Below are positions 59,073 to 64,000 of a stretch of DNA of 64,000 nt, piece by piece. Numbering within the stretch: the first letter of the stretch is position 1; each line of letters opens with the position of its first letter. A program made the position numbers and the translations under genes. Origin of the DNA: Guillardia theta CCMP2712 (taxonomy: Eukaryota > Protista > Cryptophyta). Location: the NCBI RefSeq assembly GCF_000315625.1, contig NW_005434673.1:520270-584269 (forward strand). The letters are read 5' to 3'. Below the pieces are notes generated by a model. That model made no database searches and was not told the DNA's origin. It saw nothing but the letters and a program-made list of their open reading frames with translations.

Positions 59073-60701
59073 TCATAGCTCCTTGTCAGAAGCTCCCTGC
59101 TCCAGTCGATCTCGCAGTCCTGCTCTGACGCAGGGCAGAAAATTATGCGCCCACGTGTCTCGAACTTCGTTCGAATCCCACCTGAGCGATGCGTGAGAGC
59201 AGGGGAGAAAACAACACGCGAGAGAAAACACAAGGAGATAGCGGAAGGGGATGAGAGGAGGAGATGGCGGCATCACTTTGAAATCCATTCCATCTGAGAT
59301 AGCTCTGTCGAAGGGTAGATATCCTCGTTGTCGAAGTCGTTTAACCTGAAACTGAGGCAGAGCATCAACGCGATTTCAAGTTCATTCATGTTGGATCCAT
59401 ACATTGAGTCTCGCTCAAAGCGGTGAAAGGCATGCTCTCTCGACTTCGTCCGATAATGATGGATCCTGAGAATGTCAACGGACGCTGGTCTGCTGACTGA
59501 CGGCGGCTCCCCCGAGGAATGGTTGAAGAATACCTCCTGTTTCTTCTCGTTCACGGCAGGTTCATCATTCTTGTATCTACATGCCGACTCGTCAGAGACA
59601 TCCAACCAGCGGGCCTCGCAGGCCATCACCTGTGATTATGCCCTCCAGCCACTTGTACTCTATCTGGTTGAGCTATGCTCTTGACGACCTCAGATGGCTG
59701 GTGCAGCTGCGATCAGAAGGTTCCAGCGCAGTGCTCAGCGCTACCTCTTCTGCTCTCCAGATGTAGTTCTCCAGCACGAGCCCCTGGCAGTATTCGTCAC
59801 AGCGCAACACCCACATCTGACGGTGGGTAGGCAGACCGGAGGATTCTTGGTGTGGTTCGAAGATCCGAAGGTCAGCCAGTTTACCAGGACTGACAACACC
59901 ATGTCACACCGACTAGCGTCCAAGATGAGAAGAGCGATACCAGCGGGATGGCTCTCGTATGACGTCAAGGCTGCTCGAAGCGGAAACGCTCCCGGCTGTT
60001 CCTGCCCCTGGGAGGGCGGAGACGGCATCAAGAACTCGTCGATGTCGATGAACGCCATCCATCTGCAGCCTTGAGTTGGAACTCGCAGAGGTTGCTCTGG
60101 GCGACCACATCACTCACCTGGATCGGTGCCCATGATCATCCATGCACCTGCATCACACATCCATCAGGTCGAGGGTTGCCGCTGGTGGGGACGCATCGAC
60201 CTCTGATAGGTCGGAACTTGGCAATGGACGTCGCAGACGGCATCATCCAATGTTACGATACCTGGTTTTGAGAGTTATCCGTCGCCATGTTCAACATGCC
60301 CGGACCTCGGCGGATGTAAGGTCCCAGCAATTCATCAATCTTCTCATCTGCAAACATGAAATGCGGTCAACCAATGCAAGGATATTGTCCAGATCACTTT
60401 TGGAGTGATGGTTGTACAAGAAGAAGTGCTCGACACCCATACATAGATGGAACTCGAGCCATTCTAGGAGGTACTCGTCCTGTCGTCCTGGTCAAAACCT
60501 CCACCACTGTACGAGTCTGCAATCCCGCGTCACCTCGTCCCGGAAGACAGCCGCCGCAGAGAGGTAGAACTCTTTGTTATGTCTTCTCGCTCCTGGTATC
60601 TCATCGTTGGAGTAGCTGCTGCTGTTATCCTCTTGGTTTGAGTCCGAGCAGCACACCATCATCAACACCGCTCCCACCATCGCCCTCGCCCCCGCCTTCA
60701 T
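59073..60701 (-). CDS. Glycosyltransferase family 92 (DUF23)-like protein, multi-exon
   Basis: YLSAAAVFRDE, EYLLEWLEFH, GVEHFFLYNH, WMAFIDIDEFL (DxD), VNWLTFGSS, RIHHYRTKS; signal peptide; C-terminal DKEL. Confidence 0.8.
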
Positions 60702-61442
60702 TCCTGCAAAGTTTGCGGAGCGAGTGTAGATTTGAAAACCAAATTCGATACATTAGTTTATATTTGAAAATTACTACAGAAAGTTTACTGATACTTTACA
60801 AGTGAACCAGAAGTGAACCAGCATCGTAATGCCTGGGGCGGGCCAGCAATTGGTAACCGGCTTTACCACCCACCCCACGACGACTACCCTACCTGAGTTC
60901 CTGCACCCCCTTTACCACCCTACGTTATACCACTCATTACCCGCTTCATACCCATCTTTGTTATAACCCCCCACCTCCCAAAAGTTTTCTATTCTGACCA
61001 CCACGTATGGCTGGGGTTCGAACTTGACCACGGGGGTCATCCATGTAGGGGTGAAATTTGAGTGCCAAGTACGGGTCTTTGCCAAAGCTACCCTTCTGGG
61101 TTGAGGTGGGGGTACCCCTTAGCATGAAGAGACAATTAAAAGTAGGGTGGGAGTGCATTGGTGGGAGGGTAGGTGGTTCCATTTATGGTGTATAGTGGGT
61201 AGTCAACTAATGTTGTGGTGCTAAAGGAGGGGGTGATGCTGTGGAGTGCAGGGTTGAGCGACGATGGGAGTTAATTTTTGGGGGTGGGGGTGATCCTTTT
61301 AATATTCGCTGGGGTGGGTACACAAGTCTTGTCTGATGGGGGTGGGTGTTCTATAAGCACTTGTTCACGAGGGGGTGGGTGGGTATTGGTGGGGTGAGAA
61401 TGTGTTTTGTCGGAGGGTGGGGTAGTGTAGTAGGGTGGAGAT

Positions 61443-64000
61443 ATGGAGGGCGAGGCGGTGGAGGCGGTAGCAATGCACCTGCCGCTGGAGGTCCTTCTAC
61501 GATGTCAGTCCGTGTGTGTGAACTGGAAGGTCACGATAGAGAATGCTGGTTACCTGTGGAAGCATGTCGTCCTGTCCAGAGACTTGCGGCCCAGGCTACA
61601 TCCTGTTGCGCTGCAGAAGATTGTGCGATGCGCCCAGGGTAGGTTGCAGGAACTAGACCTGAGAGGGTGTGCAAAGGTAGATTGCTCGCAGCTTTATGAG
61701 GATGTGGAATGTCTTGGAGAGTATGTTGAGATCATACGGCTGAACAGGGAGGATCATTCCAAAAGCTTGCCCCCTGCTCTGAGCGCTTGCGGCGGATTTC
61801 CACATCTTCGCGTGTTGGATCTTTCCTGGTGCCCTGGAGTGGACGATGAGCTGATCGCAAGCATCTGCGCTACCTCTTGCACGAGCTCCATACAAGAGTT
61901 GCTGCTACGAGGCTGTCTTGTCAGCGACCAGGGGGTAATGAATGCTGCAAGGTCGTGCAAACAGCTGAGGGTGCTTGACATTGGGGCATGGCCATACTCG
62001 AGGTTGAGAGGGGTGAGATCCGTCACTGACGTCAGCCTCTTCTTCATCGCTCAGTGCGCAGCTTTCAGGAGTGAAGATTTCTTGCTGGAAAATCTGTGCA
62101 TCGCTGGTAGACGAGGGACAACAGACGAGGGGTTGGACGCTGTCATCGAGTACTTGCCGTTCCTGAAGAGGGTAGATGTTCGATCCTGCTCATCCATCAC
62201 GCAGCCTTCTCAGCCAGCTGACGCCGAGGTGACTGGGGAGCCCTCGGACAATGTCGTGTGGAGGACGGGAAGGAACAACAACCGGGTCGAGCTGATCACA
62301 GACTCGTATCCCTCGGGGACGATGACACCTGACAACTACGCCGAGGAGTATGGGGTGTTGGAAGGATGGAGTGACCTGCAGACAGCATCAGGCCTGTGGC
62401 GTCTGCTCCAAAGTGTGACGGCTGTGCGGACTGCAGCTGAGATGCAAGCTCGCTCCACGGCTGAAGCCCAGGCGGCGGACATGCTGGCCGAGGCTGCAGA
62501 AGTCCTGAGCAGGGCGTCTGAGATCTACTCTCAAGCCAACGAGATGCAGCAGCAAGCGTCTGAAATCCTATCAAGAGTTACTGAGGTACAGATGCAAGTC
62601 TCTGTCATGCATGGTCAGGCTCAGGATCAAGGAAACGCGGCAGCCCTCGCTCAGGCAGCGCAAATGCAGGCTCAGGTTGCTCAGATGCAAGTGCATGCCG
62701 CTCAGATGCAAGTGCATGCCGCTCAGATGCAGATCAGAGCAACCGAGATGCAAGGTCAGGCTACTGAGATGCAGGCAAGCGCACTCAACATCCGTGCTCA
62801 AGCTGCGAGCCTCTCTTTCTCTGATTTCGCACACAACACGTTGCACTCTATTCTACGGGGAAGGTTTCAGATGCAAGTGGCGTACAACGATGAAGCGAGT
62901 GGGGAAGAGAGGACGAGCCGTTCCAATGACGAGAATGAAGAGGCCGGGGCGAGCATTACCGAGGTGCCGACGAGAGAGGAGAGCTCACCAGCTTCATCCG
63001 CCACTGAGAACCTTGCGGGGCAAGTTGAAGACGTAAAAGAGATTTCCAGTGAAACAAGGCAAGACGGAGGATACGCTGCTACCAGTGCTGCTGCTGCTGC
63101 TGCTGCTGCTGCTTCAAGCTCTGGACCAGAAGAGGAAACAACAGAGCGATACCCTTCATGGGCCCAGTCCCGTCTTGAAGCCGTCCGAGCAGAAACTCTG
63201 CGACTGACGGAGGCCGTTCGAAGCCTGACAGCAGAGGCCGAGAGAGTTCGCATGCAGCAGGGCAACAGGTCCTCCTCCCTCTCTTACCGGGCTGAGAACG
63301 TCGCGAGGAGAGCTGAAGAGACTCTCCGACTAGCACAGGCAGCTCGCAGCTTGAGTGCCGACATTAACAGAGTTACATCTGCAGCCATGACGACCTCCCC
63401 TGCTCATGACGAGCAGCCGGCAGGAGACGAAGATGCTCCAGCGCATCAAGCAACCTTGACAGCATCTGACGAGGAGGCTGATGAGCGGGAGAGCCGGGCG
63501 GGAGAGCCGAACTTGAGTCTTGAGGGAGAAGTCAGCCAGGCTGAGAGCACTCGCTTGGGCATGGAGGACAACGAAGCTGCTGAGAGCAGGACTCATCATG
63601 TGATGCTTTGGTTGTTGTCTATGATTTTCTATCTGAACGAATTTGGATAATCAGCGGCCAACACTGTACCCAAACGCCCCTGAAGCACAGAGCGACCAGC
63701 AAGTGAGGGCCGCGGTAGCTCGTGACGTGACGACTGGCTGTCATGCCGATATAGATGCCCGATTGTGATGAACGATCCTAGAGACAAGTTTCTTTTCTTC
63801 TTCCCTGCTGTTTGCTCCTCCCTACCCGCTCAGGCTGTTGCCGCTGTGTTGTGTGCCTGTGTCATGCTCTTTTCATTTGCGGTTGAAACCTCCTTTGGCA
63901 GATGGTACAGACTGCAGGAGAGACAGCAACGATGGAGGAAGGCGACCTACATGGCGAGATCGAGAGGAGGAGGGAGGCAGCCGAGTCGGTCGCAGCAGTG
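61443..64000 (+). CDS. F-box/LRR protein with Q/A/M-rich coiled coil; ORF to 63650, probably spliced and continuing past the window
   Basis: F-box LPLEVLLRCQSVCVNWK; Cys-containing LRRs (LQELDLRGC, LRVLDLSWC, LLLRGCLVSDQG); AQMQVHA heptad repeats. Confidence 0.85.

Noticed and set aside
1-64000. tRNA, rRNA, telomeric arrays, prokaryotic operons or defence systems
   Set aside because: None recognised by eye; a covariance-model search was not possible, so small ncRNAs could be missed.

Overview
Eukaryotic nuclear DNA, not prokaryotic. It is gene-dense and GC-rich, with many short (~40-60 nt) GT-AG introns, at least one GC-AG intron, longer introns filled with purine/pyrimidine microsatellites, and one 100-N assembly gap. 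Intron style, bipartite-like leader peptides, RWP-RK genes and Crinkler-type relics suggest a cryptophyte alga such as Guillardia theta (inference, not verified). About 24 genes or gene relics were read by manual splicing: a Sec7-PH protein, a sulfotransferase, SppA, an ankyrin protein, an OPR-like repeat protein, a Crinkler-type pseudogene, an SPRxY-repeat protein, a PPPDE-like protein, a THOC3-like WD40 protein, a MESD-like chaperone, MSH6, an RluD-like pseudouridine synthase, two inverted RWP-RK copies around a non-LTR relic, two tandem transmembrane collagens, a tetraspanin-like protein, a GT92 glycosyltransferase and an F-box/LRR protein, plus hypothetical genes. Four observations stand out. 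(1) A collagen-collagen-tetraspanin-GT92 cell-surface cluster in an apparently unicellular alga. (2) Signal peptide + ubiquitin-like LRLRGG/LRGG leaders, one of them head-to-head with a His...Cys PPPDE-like gene. (3) A 31-bp minisatellite born inside the nuclease motif of a Crinkler-type gene. (4) An inverted RWP-RK duplication starting 3 nt before the ATG, whose arms differ by palindromic micro-insertions. Exon boundaries are manual and approximate, and no database searches were run.
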